Origin: an uncultured Gammaproteobacteria bacterium
GTDB lineage: Bacteria; Patescibacteriota; Microgenomatia; Levybacterales; GWA1-39-11
Length of the DNA stretch: 64,000 nucleotides
Assembly: GCA_964425075.1 (NCBI GenBank)
Contig: CAYRKM010000001.1
Location: forward strand, 601,827-665,826
Direction: 5' to 3'
Part shown: piece after piece, positions 40,059 to 49,537 of the stretch
Layout: each line of letters begins with the position of its first letter
Position numbering within the stretch: position 1 is the first letter of the stretch
Made by a program: the position numbers and the translations under genes
Notes under the pieces: generated by a model
What the model was told of the DNA's origin: nothing
Databases searched by the model: none
What the model saw: the letters and a program-made list of their open reading frames with translations, nothing else

Positions 40059-40862
40059 ATGACAGAACAAAAAGAAAATAATTATATAACATTACGTGTT
40101 CCAAAGTTTCATAAAACACAACTTTTATTAACAATTGCTTTGATGGTCGCTGCATTTCTTATTGGCTCACTCTGGACAAAACTTCAATACTTGGAAAAAG
40201 GTGGAACTCTTACAAAGGGAGCGACTACTGCAAATGCCCAAGGTGCAGCGCAACAAGTACCACCTCAACAAGCTCCTCCAGAAGACACTACTCCTAAAAA
40301 AGTATCAATTGATGATGACCCGGTTTTAGGTGATAAAAATGCTAAAGTTACACTTATTGACTTCACGGACTATGAATGTCCATTCTGTAAGCGATATTAT
40401 GATGAGACTTTTTCTCAAATAAAAAGAGACTATATTGATACTGGTAAAATGAAATATGTCGTTCGTGATTTACCTTTAAGTTTCCATGCAAATGCTCATA
40501 AAGAAGCGCAAGCTGCAGAGTGCGCACGAGAACAAGGTGGGGACGAAGCATATTTCAAGTATCACGATGAAATATTTAAAAGAACAACCTCAAACGGAAC
40601 AGGTATTGCGCTTGATAAACTTTCAGTAATAGCAAATGATTTAGGCTTAAGTGGTGATACACTACAATCATGTCTTGACGCAGATAAATTTAAAGCAGAG
40701 GTTGATAAAGACTTGGCAGATGCTTCGGCAGTAGGAGCAACTGGCACACCAACATTTTTTATCGGAAAATCAACATCTGATGGTATTATTACAGGTACAA
40801 AAATAGTAGGAGCACAACCATACAGCGCATTTCAGGCAGAAATTGATAAACAACTGAAATAA
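40059..40862 (+). CDS. DsbA/BdbD-like thiol-disulfide oxidoreductase
   Basis: FTDYECPFCK, GTPTFF and GAQPY. Confidence 0.9.
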   Translation: MTEQKENNYITLRVPKFHKTQLLLTIALMVAAFLIGSLWTKLQYLEKGGTLTKGATTANAQGAAQQVPPQQAPPEDTTPKKVSIDDDPVLGDKNAKVTLIDFTDYECPFCKRYYDETFSQIKRDYIDTGKMKYVVRDLPLSFHANAHKEAQAAECAREQGGDEAYFKYHDEIFKRTTSNGTGIALDKLSVIANDLGLSGDTLQSCLDADKFKAEVDKDLADASAVGATGTPTFFIGKSTSDGIITGTKIVGAQPYSAFQAEIDKQLK

Positions 40863-40864
40863 TT

Positions 40865-41899
40865 ATGAATTTAGGAGCAGTTTTTTTAACAGGGCTATTT
40901 ACAGGCGGACTTACTTGCCTTGCTGTGCAGGGTGGACTTCTTGCTACAACAATTGCCCAGCGTGAAGAGGAAAAACTTAAGGAGAAAACTAAAACATCCG
41001 GTAATGCCCTGCCAATTCTTTCCTTTCTTGTTGCAAAAGTGGTTGCCTACACTATTCTCGGGTTCTTATTAGGCTGGCTTGGTTCGGTTGTTCAGTTATC
41101 TTTAACAGCTACGGTTATTTTGACAGTTGCAGTCGCTATCTTTATGATCGGTACTGCATTGAACCTTTTAAATGTTCATCCAATATTCCGTTACTTCATT
41201 ATCCAGCCACCTAAGTTTCTAACAAGACTCGTGAGGAATCAGTCAAAAAGTAACAGTATTTTTGCACCAGCTATGCTTGGAGCATTTACTGTATTTATTC
41301 CATGCGGGACTACACAGGCAATGATGGCATTAGCAATTGCCTCTGGTAACCCCCTATATGGAGCAGCAATACTTGCCGCATTTACGTTAGGCACTTCTCC
41401 AGTATTCTTTACACTTGGGTATCTTGCAACAAAACTTGGAGACGCAATGCATCGAAAATTCTTGAAGGTTGCAGCCTATGCGCTTATTCTTCTTGCTGTC
41501 TATAATCTGAATGGAGCAATAGCTCTAACTGGAAGTAACCTGACGCTTGAGAATGCATGGACAAATTTTTACTGCACATTCACTTTCTGTGAGAGGGATT
41601 TTGCACCAACAGCGCAAGCTGCAGTCCCTGTATCAGATGCCACTATAACAATTAATAATGATGGATATAGCCCGAATAACCTTACTGTCAAAGCAGGATC
41701 AAAAGTTACTTTGAAAATTGTCAATGAAGGTGGTGGAGGTTGTACCCAGGCCTTCACCCTACCAAAATATAATATTCAAAAAATAGTTCCGATAGGAAGT
41801 TCTGATCAGGTAACCTTTACTGCGCCGAATGAACCTGGCACGCAACTTGCTTTTATGTGTAGTATGGGGATGTACCGGGGAACAATTAACGTGATATAA
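40865..41899 (+). CDS. DsbD_2/TauE-like membrane protein with C-terminal cupredoxin
   Basis: GGLTCLAVQGG and FIPCG; C-terminal GC..FMCSMGMY. Confidence 0.8.
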   Translation: MNLGAVFLTGLFTGGLTCLAVQGGLLATTIAQREEEKLKEKTKTSGNALPILSFLVAKVVAYTILGFLLGWLGSVVQLSLTATVILTVAVAIFMIGTALNLLNVHPIFRYFIIQPPKFLTRLVRNQSKSNSIFAPAMLGAFTVFIPCGTTQAMMALAIASGNPLYGAAILAAFTLGTSPVFFTLGYLATKLGDAMHRKFLKVAAYALILLAVYNLNGAIALTGSNLTLENAWTNFYCTFTFCERDFAPTAQAAVPVSDATITINNDGYSPNNLTVKAGSKVTLKIVNEGGGGCTQAFTLPKYNIQKIVPIGSSDQVTFTAPNEPGTQLAFMCSMGMYRGTINVI

Positions 41900-41903
41900 A
41901 CTT

Positions 41904-42131
41904 ATGCAAACAGTAAAATTAAACATTTATGGCATGCATTGTACGAGTTGCGCTTTCAATATTGATGGTGAGCTTGAAGATATGGAAGGAGTTAAAGAAT
42001 CAAAGACAAATTATGCAAAGCAGCAAACTGAAGTAACTTTTGATCCTAAAAAAATTTCACCAGATAAGATTATAAGCATTATTAAAAAGCTTGATGATAG
42101 TTATGATGCTGAAGTTAATAAAGAAGAGTAA
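41904..42131 (+). CDS. copZ: Copper chaperone (HMA domain)
   Basis: GMHCTSC. Confidence 0.88.
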   Translation: MQTVKLNIYGMHCTSCAFNIDGELEDMEGVKESKTNYAKQQTEVTFDPKKISPDKIISIIKKLDDSYDAEVNKEE

Positions 42132-42136
42132 CATGT

Positions 42137-42646
42137 ATGACAACAGAAAAGAAAGTAATCGGCGGTATTGCACTTTTAACTATAGCCATATTAGTTGGTG
42201 GAGTTTTCTTTTTGTCGGCTAGCTCTAATCAATCCACTTCTGGTAACTCAAATAACAATTCCGATACATCTGTCCCCGAAAGTGAAATTGTTGTTCGTAA
42301 TGGTATGCATTGGCATCCGAAACTATCGATCTATATTAACGGAGAAAAACAGCCTTTCACAAACGGTATTGGTTTAAATGGTGCAGTACATAACCCTATT
42401 CATACTCATGATGACGCTGACAAAGATATTGTTCACATGGAGTTTCAGGGTGTTGTTAGCAAGGAAGATACAAAATTAAGTAACTTCTTTAAGATATGGG
42501 GTAAAGACTTTTCATCAACTCAGATTTTTGATAAGAAAAATGGAGAAGAAGGAACTGTTAAAATGATGGTTAACGGAAAAGAAAACACAGAATTTCAAAA
42601 TTATATGATGAAGGATGGCGATAATATTGAGATACGCTATGAATAA
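42137..42646 (+). CDS. Exported His-motif protein
   Basis: N-terminal TM; HWH, IHTHD and VHME. Confidence 0.7.
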   Translation: MTTEKKVIGGIALLTIAILVGGVFFLSASSNQSTSGNSNNNSDTSVPESEIVVRNGMHWHPKLSIYINGEKQPFTNGIGLNGAVHNPIHTHDDADKDIVHMEFQGVVSKEDTKLSNFFKIWGKDFSSTQIFDKKNGEEGTVKMMVNGKENTEFQNYMMKDGDNIEIRYE

Positions 42647-42851
42647 AGAAATAAAAACAATCGCTCATCTTGCTTGTCCGAAGTGCGGAAAATTACAAAC
42701 AGCAAAAATGCCTACAGATGCCTGTCAGCATTTTTATAAATGTCAAAGCTGTGGTGAAACCATAAAGCCAAAAGAAGGAGATTGTTGTGTATTCTGTTCT
42801 TATGCTGATACAAAATGTCCGCCAAAACAAGCGGAGCAAATGATGATATGA
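42639..42851 (+). CDS. GDCCVxC-domain Cys-rich protein
   Basis: CPKCG..MPTDAC..C..C..GDCCVFCSY..CPP. Confidence 0.88.
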   Translation: MNKEIKTIAHLACPKCGKLQTAKMPTDACQHFYKCQSCGETIKPKEGDCCVFCSYADTKCPPKQAEQMMI

Positions 42852-44458
42852 ATACTATGCAAAGAATACTTATTGCTGTCGTTATAGGTATTGCGCTTCT
42901 GGGAGCAGGAATATATTTGTATTCAAATTCTCAGAGGCAAAGAGAAGGATCGAGTAAGACGGGAGAATATTCAAAAGCGGTAAAGAATTATCCTGAAGCA
43001 AAATCTTCTGAGGTTGTAGAGCTAAAGAATGGTGATTCGTACAATTTAACGGCGAGTATAGTAAAGAGAAAAATTAATGGAACAGAAGTAAAAATGCTCG
43101 CCTATAACGGCTCGATTCCAGGCCCACTTATCAAAGTACCACAAGATGCTGAAATTACCATTAATTTCAAAAACGACACTGATGTAGATACAGCCCTACA
43201 TTCACATGGAGTCAGGCTTGAGAATCAATTTGATGGGGTGGTAGATGTTACCCAGAAGGCAATTCCAGTTGGCGGTACTTTTACTTACAAAGTGAAATTT
43301 CCGGATGAAGGGATCTTCTGGTATCATCCTCACTTTCGAGAAGATTATGCTCAAGAACTTGGACTCTATGGTAATTACCTTGTAGCACCTGAACAAAAAG
43401 ACTATTGGGCTGAAGTAGATCGAGAAGAAGCGCTGTTTTTAGATGATATTCTTTTGCAAAACGGGCAGGTAGCAGCTTTCAGCAGAGCAGGGGCAGATCA
43501 TACCTTAATGGGAAGATTTGGGAACGTCATGCTTGTGAATGGTAACGACAATTATAAATTATCGGTTAAACAAGGAGAGAGGATCCGTTTCTATATAACC
43601 AATTCAGCTAATACCAGAGTATTTAATTTTTCTATTCCCAATGCCCGAATGAAGTTAGTAGGCGCGGACAATGGCAAATACGAGCGCGAGGAGTGGGTCG
43701 ATTCGATTGTAATCGGACCGTCTGAACGCTCAGTTATAGAAATCTGGTTTGATCAGGCAGGAGATTATCAGATAGTTAATAAAACCCCTGAAAAAACATA
43801 CACGATGGGCACAATAGCCGTTGCATCTGCTCCAGTAACTACATCATATCTTCTCGTGCCTCGGGTAAATCAAGATTTTATTAATTCTTTATCCTCAATT
43901 CGTCCGCTCTTTACTAAACCTGCTGATAAGACACTTAATATGACTCTTACGATGATGGGAAATATGATGCAGCAAAATCAGAACAATGAGGGTATGCACA
44001 ACATGCATGGAGGCCAAATGATGCCAAATGAAGAAATGCCTTTGAATGACGGAACAGTTGAAAAAATAGAATGGGAAGATGATATGGGACAGATGAACGT
44101 AATGTCCAATACAAAAATGATTACATGGAAACTTGTTGACACAGAAACAAAAGCGGAAAATATGGATATTAAATGGCAGTTTAAAAAAGGAGACAAGATA
44201 AAACTCAAGCTTATCAATGATCCGAAAGCTCAACACCCTATGCAACATCCCATCCATGTTCACGGCCAGCGGTTCTTAGTACTGAATACAAATGGAGTAC
44301 CGAATCAAAACTTGGTTTGGAAAGACACAGTGCTCGTGCAGACCGGTGACACAGTAGAACTACTTGTCGATATGGATAATCCTGGCGACTGGGTGCTTCA
44401 CTGTCATATACCTGAGCATATGGAAGCCGGGATGATGTCACAGTTTGAAGTAATCTAA
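42848..44458 (+). CDS. Multicopper oxidase (CueO-like)
   Basis: HSHG, WYHPH, HPIHVHG and HCHIPEHMEAGM; Met-rich insert. Confidence 0.93.
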   Translation: MNTMQRILIAVVIGIALLGAGIYLYSNSQRQREGSSKTGEYSKAVKNYPEAKSSEVVELKNGDSYNLTASIVKRKINGTEVKMLAYNGSIPGPLIKVPQDAEITINFKNDTDVDTALHSHGVRLENQFDGVVDVTQKAIPVGGTFTYKVKFPDEGIFWYHPHFREDYAQELGLYGNYLVAPEQKDYWAEVDREEALFLDDILLQNGQVAAFSRAGADHTLMGRFGNVMLVNGNDNYKLSVKQGERIRFYITNSANTRVFNFSIPNARMKLVGADNGKYEREEWVDSIVIGPSERSVIEIWFDQAGDYQIVNKTPEKTYTMGTIAVASAPVTTSYLLVPRVNQDFINSLSSIRPLFTKPADKTLNMTLTMMGNMMQQNQNNEGMHNMHGGQMMPNEEMPLNDGTVEKIEWEDDMGQMNVMSNTKMITWKLVDTETKAENMDIKWQFKKGDKIKLKLINDPKAQHPMQHPIHVHGQRFLVLNTNGVPNQNLVWKDTVLVQTGDTVELLVDMDNPGDWVLHCHIPEHMEAGMMSQFEVI

Positions 44459-44535
44459 ATTGTGGAGGAGATGATGACTATGATGGATGAAAAGAGGCAT
44501 AAGCATTAAACAATATCAAGAGGAGAGATCAACAT

Positions 44536-45030
44536 ATGGCAAAGGAACATGAACATAATGTCGAGCCAATAAGAGGAAGCATTTTTGTTTTAACTCTAAA
44601 ACTTGCACTCATACTGCTTATTATAGACTCTCTTTACAGCCTTATATATTATCTCCTTAATTTAGGCTTTGGTATTCCTTTTGATTTCCATCACCACATT
44701 TCAGTAACGCTCTTTATCACACAAGTAGGAAAGATCATACTTGAAATTTTTCTGATTACTTATGTGGTTTTGCAGTGGGCAAATAATACCTATTTTCTTA
44801 CAGATAAGCATTTAATACGAAGAACTGGAATACTTAGCACCGAAGAAGATGTATTTCATTTCGAAAATATCAGATCTATTACAACACACCAGTCTTTATT
44901 AGGAAGGCTTTTTAACTACGGAGACGTTATATTAAAAACAAGTGCTTCAGGAGGGTATCAAGGCGAAGTTACCCTGACAGGAATCTCCAATCCATATAAA
45001 TACGAAAACGCTCTCAAAAAATCCTTTTGA
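44536..45030 (+). CDS. Membrane protein with bacterial PH (bPH_2) domain
   Basis: Two TM helices, then YFLT..RTGILS..QSLLGRLFNYGDV. Confidence 0.75.
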   Translation: MAKEHEHNVEPIRGSIFVLTLKLALILLIIDSLYSLIYYLLNLGFGIPFDFHHHISVTLFITQVGKIILEIFLITYVVLQWANNTYFLTDKHLIRRTGILSTEEDVFHFENIRSITTHQSLLGRLFNYGDVILKTSASGGYQGEVTLTGISNPYKYENALKKSF

Positions 45031-45033
45031 CTG

Positions 45034-45054
45034 TGTACTACAATTAGTAGTACA
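45034..45054. promoter_or_regulatory. BlaI/CopY-type operator 4
   Basis: tgtactac-aatta-gtagtaca just downstream of TTGACT. Confidence 0.72.
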
Positions 45055-45081
45055 AATATATTATGCAGATGAGAAATAGTT

Positions 45082-47304
45082 ATGAGTAACAAAACATATA
45101 CCTGTCCAATGCATCCTGAAGTCAGAAAAGACAAGCCTGGTGTTTGTCCTAAATGTGGCATGGCACTTGTTGAAGTAAAGAATGATAAACATGGAATGCA
45201 TGAAAGTCATTTGAGCCATGAGCATACAATGAAATCCCTTGATCAAATGTCATTTTGGGAAAAATTCAAGATGAGTATGACTATGACAATGGGTATGGAC
45301 CATACAGGGAAAGCAGGACGTGAGATGGCGAAGCTAATGGAAGAGGATATTCGAAATAAGTTTTTGGTCTCTCTTCTTTTGACACTTCCAATTGTTGCCT
45401 ATTCTCCACTTGGAAAGAACATCTTTGGTCTTAATCTACCAACGCCGATTCCTGAGAATTGGTTAATGCTGTTACTGACAACTCCTGTTTATTTTTATTG
45501 TGGTTGGATATTCCTTTACTCAAGTTATATTGCTCTTAAACAAAAGACGCTCAATATGGCAGTTTTGATTGCCGTTGGCATTACTGCGGCCTATGTCTTT
45601 AGTATTGTTTTAACTCTTTTAGGATCTGAAGAATCTTTTTATGAAGCAGCAGCAATGCTTACTACTTTTGTCCTCTTTGGTCATTGGATGGAAATGAAAT
45701 CAAGGCGTGGCACAACTGATGCCCTTCAGGCCCTATTTAATCTCGTTCCCCCTCAAGCACGAGTAATGAGAAATGGCAAAGAGCAGTTAATTCCTACCTC
45801 AGAAGTTGTATTAGGAGATATTGTCGTTCTTAAGCCTGGCGATAAAGTGCCGGTTGACGGGGAAATTATAGAAGGAGAAACGTCAATAGACGAATCACTT
45901 GTTACAGGTGAATCAATACCTGTTGCCAAGAAAAAGGGAGATAGTGTCATTGGCGGTTCCATCAATACTTCAGGATCAGTACAATTCAATGCCACAAAAG
46001 TAGGAGGAGATACAGCGCTAGCACAGATTGTAAAGATGGTAGAAACAGCTCAGAACTCAAAAGCTCCCGGGCAGAAGCTTGCTGATAGGTTTGCCAAGTA
46101 TTTAGTTATTGTAGCTGTTGGAGGAGGATTACTAACCTTTGCAGTATGGTTTTTAATTCTCGGCCAACCATTCTTATTTGCAGTCACATTTGCCATTTCA
46201 ACAGTTGTTATTGCCTGTCCTGATGCTCTTGGACTTGCAACACCTACAGCGGTGGCAGTAGGAACAGGACTTGGAGCCAAACACAACATTTTGATTAAAG
46301 ACGCTCCGACACTTGAACAGGTATCCAAGATCCAAGCCGTAGTGTTAGATAAAACAGGCACTCTCACAGAAGGAAAGCCACAAGTGACAGGTATTGCAAC
46401 CGCAAAAGGGTTTTCAGAAAAAGAAGCACTAAGACTCGTGGGAGCCGCAGAGGTAAAATCTTCTCATCCTTTAGCAAACGCCGTAATCGAAGAGCTGAAA
46501 AAAAGAAAACTTGCTTTGCCTACATCAATAGAAAAATTTGAGAATCTTTCTGGGCTTGGCGTAAAAGCCACAGTAGAAGGTAAAAAGGTACTTGTCGGGA
46601 CAGTGAAATTGATGAAAGAAAATAGCGTTGATGTAAAGCCTCTCGAAAACAAAATTAATGAATTTTTAGAAAACGGAAATACTATCATGCTTCTTGCAGT
46701 TGAAGGTACCATTTCAGCTCTTGTAGGAGCTGCAGATCCAATAAAAGAGAATGCAAAAAAAGCTATAGATAAATTAAATGAATTAGGCATAGAAACTGCA
46801 ATGATCACTGGGGACAACGAAAAAACAGCACAAGTAGTTGCGAAGAAGATTGGTATCAAACGAGTATTTGCCGATGTCATGCCTGAAGATAAAGCTTCAT
46901 ATGTTAAAAAGTTGCAGCAAGAAGGAAAATTTGTGGCTATGGTTGGCGATGGTGTAAACGATGCGCCTGCACTTGCTCAAGCAGATATAGGAATTGCTAT
47001 TGGTGCCGGAACGGATGTAGCAATAGAAACAGCGAAAGTTGTACTTATGAAATCTGATCCAGCAGATGTGCTTCGCGCTATTAGACTCTCCAAAGCAACA
47101 GTAAGGAAAATGAAACAAAACCTATTCTGGGCATCTATTTATAATCTTTTGGCAATTCCTGTGGCTGCTGGAGTTCTTTACCCTGCTTTCCAGATTTCGC
47201 TACGTCCCGAAATATCAGCTCTTCTGATGAGCATTTCCTCAATCATTGTTGCAACAAATGCAGTCCTCCTTAATAGAGCAGAAAAAGACCTTATAAGTGT
47301 GTAA
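45082..47304 (+). CDS. Heavy-metal (likely copper) P1B ATPase, CopB-like, with CPD motif
   Basis: YTCPMHP..CPKCGM, His/Met-rich N-terminus, LFGHWMEM, CPD, DKTGT, YN and MSISS. Confidence 0.9.
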   Translation: MSNKTYTCPMHPEVRKDKPGVCPKCGMALVEVKNDKHGMHESHLSHEHTMKSLDQMSFWEKFKMSMTMTMGMDHTGKAGREMAKLMEEDIRNKFLVSLLLTLPIVAYSPLGKNIFGLNLPTPIPENWLMLLLTTPVYFYCGWIFLYSSYIALKQKTLNMAVLIAVGITAAYVFSIVLTLLGSEESFYEAAAMLTTFVLFGHWMEMKSRRGTTDALQALFNLVPPQARVMRNGKEQLIPTSEVVLGDIVVLKPGDKVPVDGEIIEGETSIDESLVTGESIPVAKKKGDSVIGGSINTSGSVQFNATKVGGDTALAQIVKMVETAQNSKAPGQKLADRFAKYLVIVAVGGGLLTFAVWFLILGQPFLFAVTFAISTVVIACPDALGLATPTAVAVGTGLGAKHNILIKDAPTLEQVSKIQAVVLDKTGTLTEGKPQVTGIATAKGFSEKEALRLVGAAEVKSSHPLANAVIEELKKRKLALPTSIEKFENLSGLGVKATVEGKKVLVGTVKLMKENSVDVKPLENKINEFLENGNTIMLLAVEGTISALVGAADPIKENAKKAIDKLNELGIETAMITGDNEKTAQVVAKKIGIKRVFADVMPEDKASYVKKLQQEGKFVAMVGDGVNDAPALAQADIGIAIGAGTDVAIETAKVVLMKSDPADVLRAIRLSKATVRKMKQNLFWASIYNLLAIPVAAGVLYPAFQISLRPEISALLMSISSIIVATNAVLLNRAEKDLISV

Positions 47305-47373
47305 TTTTGATTAATCCTCATAGTATTTTGCGTCTGGACTTCAAAGAACGGTTGCGGTACCTTGTCCCCTGAT

Positions 47374-48702
47374 ATGAACTACCAGAATGAATTATTACAG
47401 CAACCAACTCAAACACAACCGCTGGTTATTGAATATTGTCTCTACGCACGAAAATCCACAGAAGATGACGAGCGCCAAGCGATGTCAATCGATTCTCAAA
47501 TTAAAGAGATGACTGACATGGCGATCAAAGAAGGACTCTTTATCAAAGAAATCAGACGAGAAAGTCATTCTGCTAAAATGTCAGGACAACGACCAGTCTT
47601 CAATCAACTTCTCAATGACTTAAGAAATGGTCTATTCACCGGAATTCTCACATGGGCTCCGGATCGATTATCAAGAAATGCAGGAGATTTAGGAATGCTG
47701 GTTGATATGATGGATGGCGGAAAACTCATTCACATTAAAACATTTACGCAGGCATTCTCAAACAGTCCAAGCGATAAATTTTTACTCATGATTCTCTGCT
47801 CTCAAGCAAAACTCGAGAATGACCAAAAAGGGATAAATGTTAAACGAGGTATCAGAGCTAAATGCAATATGGGATGGAGACCAGGGATGCCACCAATCGG
47901 TTATTTCAACAGAGCAATGGCTGGGATAAAAGATATTATTCCTGACCCTGAAAGAGCACCATTTGTGACAGAAATGTTTGAAAGAGTTGCGAGGAACGGA
48001 GATAGTGGACGAACACTCAAAAAATGGCTGGATACATGCCTTACAACAAGGGCGGGAAAGAGAGTCACGCTAAGTCAGATTTATCTCATGCTCAAGAATC
48101 CTTTCTATTACGGGGAATTTGAATATCCAATTGGAAGCGGTAATTGGTATAAGGGATCACATAAGCCATTAATTACCAAAGAGCTATTTGATCAAGTCCA
48201 GAAACAACTTACAGTGCCATTTAAAAAAGCAAAATGGGGAAGCAAAATGTTTACCTTCAAAGAACTCTTTAAATGTGCAAGCTGCGGATCATTAGTAATT
48301 GGTGAGGACAGATATAGAAAGAGAAAATATGGAGAGCCGAGGTATCATATCTACTATCATTGTACTAGACAAAAGAAGTACGGCTGTCCTGAGCCATACT
48401 TAACAGAAGAAAAGCTTGTAAAGCAAATTCTTCGATATCTTAATTTTATGTACATGGCACACCCGCAAATATTTACCTTCAAGGAATTTATAAAACAAAG
48501 CATGGAAGCATATAAGAAAATGAGAGACGAAATTCTCTGGGCGCAAGATATAAACCCTGAGAATAAGCCTGTACATTTTATGGATTATGCAAATTATATT
48601 TTCAGAAATGGAACACTGCAAGAAAAACGAGAAATAACGAATATCCTCAATCGACAACTCTATATACACAACGAAACGGTCACTTCAGTACCCCTTATCT
48701 AG
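47374..48702 (+). CDS. Large serine recombinase, copy B
   Basis: YARKS, DRLSRN, LKNPFYYG and CASCG..YYHC..C; paralogue of the 17457 gene with the same promoter. Confidence 0.93.
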   Translation: MNYQNELLQQPTQTQPLVIEYCLYARKSTEDDERQAMSIDSQIKEMTDMAIKEGLFIKEIRRESHSAKMSGQRPVFNQLLNDLRNGLFTGILTWAPDRLSRNAGDLGMLVDMMDGGKLIHIKTFTQAFSNSPSDKFLLMILCSQAKLENDQKGINVKRGIRAKCNMGWRPGMPPIGYFNRAMAGIKDIIPDPERAPFVTEMFERVARNGDSGRTLKKWLDTCLTTRAGKRVTLSQIYLMLKNPFYYGEFEYPIGSGNWYKGSHKPLITKELFDQVQKQLTVPFKKAKWGSKMFTFKELFKCASCGSLVIGEDRYRKRKYGEPRYHIYYHCTRQKKYGCPEPYLTEEKLVKQILRYLNFMYMAHPQIFTFKEFIKQSMEAYKKMRDEILWAQDINPENKPVHFMDYANYIFRNGTLQEKREITNILNRQLYIHNETVTSVPLI

Positions 48703-49267
48703 ATGATTTTCTCTTTCGTTTCTTTAAAACAAAAGCAACTAGTCCTAGTCCCAAAGCACCTCCAATGATGGGTAAAAGCATATTTGTATTAACAGACTTC
48801 TCTACAGTTTCACTTGTCTGGGAACTGGATAAATCCTGAGTATAACCATTTGGTGAATATCCACTGCCAAGAACTGCTCTATCTTCTTCCGAAAGATTTC
48901 CTGTAACTTCTTTATTTCCCATGCATGCATTTGTTTTAAGGTTACCTGAGTCCATTTTTAGAAAAAGGAGATATTTTTTGTCCTCTTCAAACGCAAAATC
49001 GACAGACGTTACTGTACCTGGAGCTTCTTGTCCACTTACCTCAATCTGAGAAGGTCCACCATGACCTTTAAAGTATCGCTCGACATTAAATATAGCTGGA
49101 GTATCAGCTATACTTGTTACTCTACCTAACACGACAATATCTGCCTGTTCTTTATATTCAGCTAATGACACAGCAGGAGCACAGGAAGCAAAGGCAACAT
49201 GAGGAGTAAAGGATAAGAGCGAAAAAAGTGCGATTATAAAGGTAAATAGTATATTTCTAAGTTGCAT
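48695..49267 (-). CDS. Secreted, C-terminally anchored TIMP/NTR-like protein
   Basis: Signal peptide, ASC, ADIVVLGRV, FNVERYFKG, KYLLF and NAC; C-terminal TM with basic tail. Confidence 0.6.
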   Translation of the reverse strand: MQLRNILFTFIIALFSLLSFTPHVAFASCAPAVSLAEYKEQADIVVLGRVTSIADTPAIFNVERYFKGHGGPSQIEVSGQEAPGTVTSVDFAFEEDKKYLLFLKMDSGNLKTNACMGNKEVTGNLSEEDRAVLGSGYSPNGYTQDLSSSQTSETVEKSVNTNMLLPIIGGALGLGLVAFVLKKRKRKSSR

Positions 49268-49466
49268 GTTTATAAAAGGATTATACCAAAAATTTTCTGT
49301 TTGAATCCTAACTCTGCGGTTAAGTAGGACATATATGAACCTTAGCCTTAATATGGGGATTTTGAGGGTGTTTTGCCGGTCCGAATGTTTCCCGTCTTGA
49401 AGGGGATTTTAGCAAGCCCCTTCAAGCTAAATAGGGAATACGGTCACTCTAGGGTGCCCGTCTCAG

Positions 49467-49537
49467 CTGGGAGTCAGGGATTTGAACCCCAATAAACAGA
49501 TCCAGAATCTGTTGTCCTACCATTAGACGAACTCCCA
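49467..49537 (-). tRNA. tRNA-Gln(CTG), CCA not encoded
   Basis: TGGGAGT/ACTCCCA acceptor, D-arm, ACAGA-TTCTGGA-TCTGT anticodon arm and GGTTCAAATCC T-arm. Confidence 0.93.

Larger units (their letters stand above)
22637..49469. mobile_element. Integrative element B (~26.8 kb) at the 3' end of tRNA-Gln
   Basis: Ends at the tRNA 3' terminus; left end has a tRNA-Gln-like arm (16/23 match) and an end motif shared with element C; contains a recombinase, TerL and methylases. Confidence 0.75.

Noticed and set aside
42639-42851. Selenoprotein recoding in the GDCCVxC protein
   Set aside because: All Cys positions are ordinary TGT/TGC codons, with no in-frame TGA
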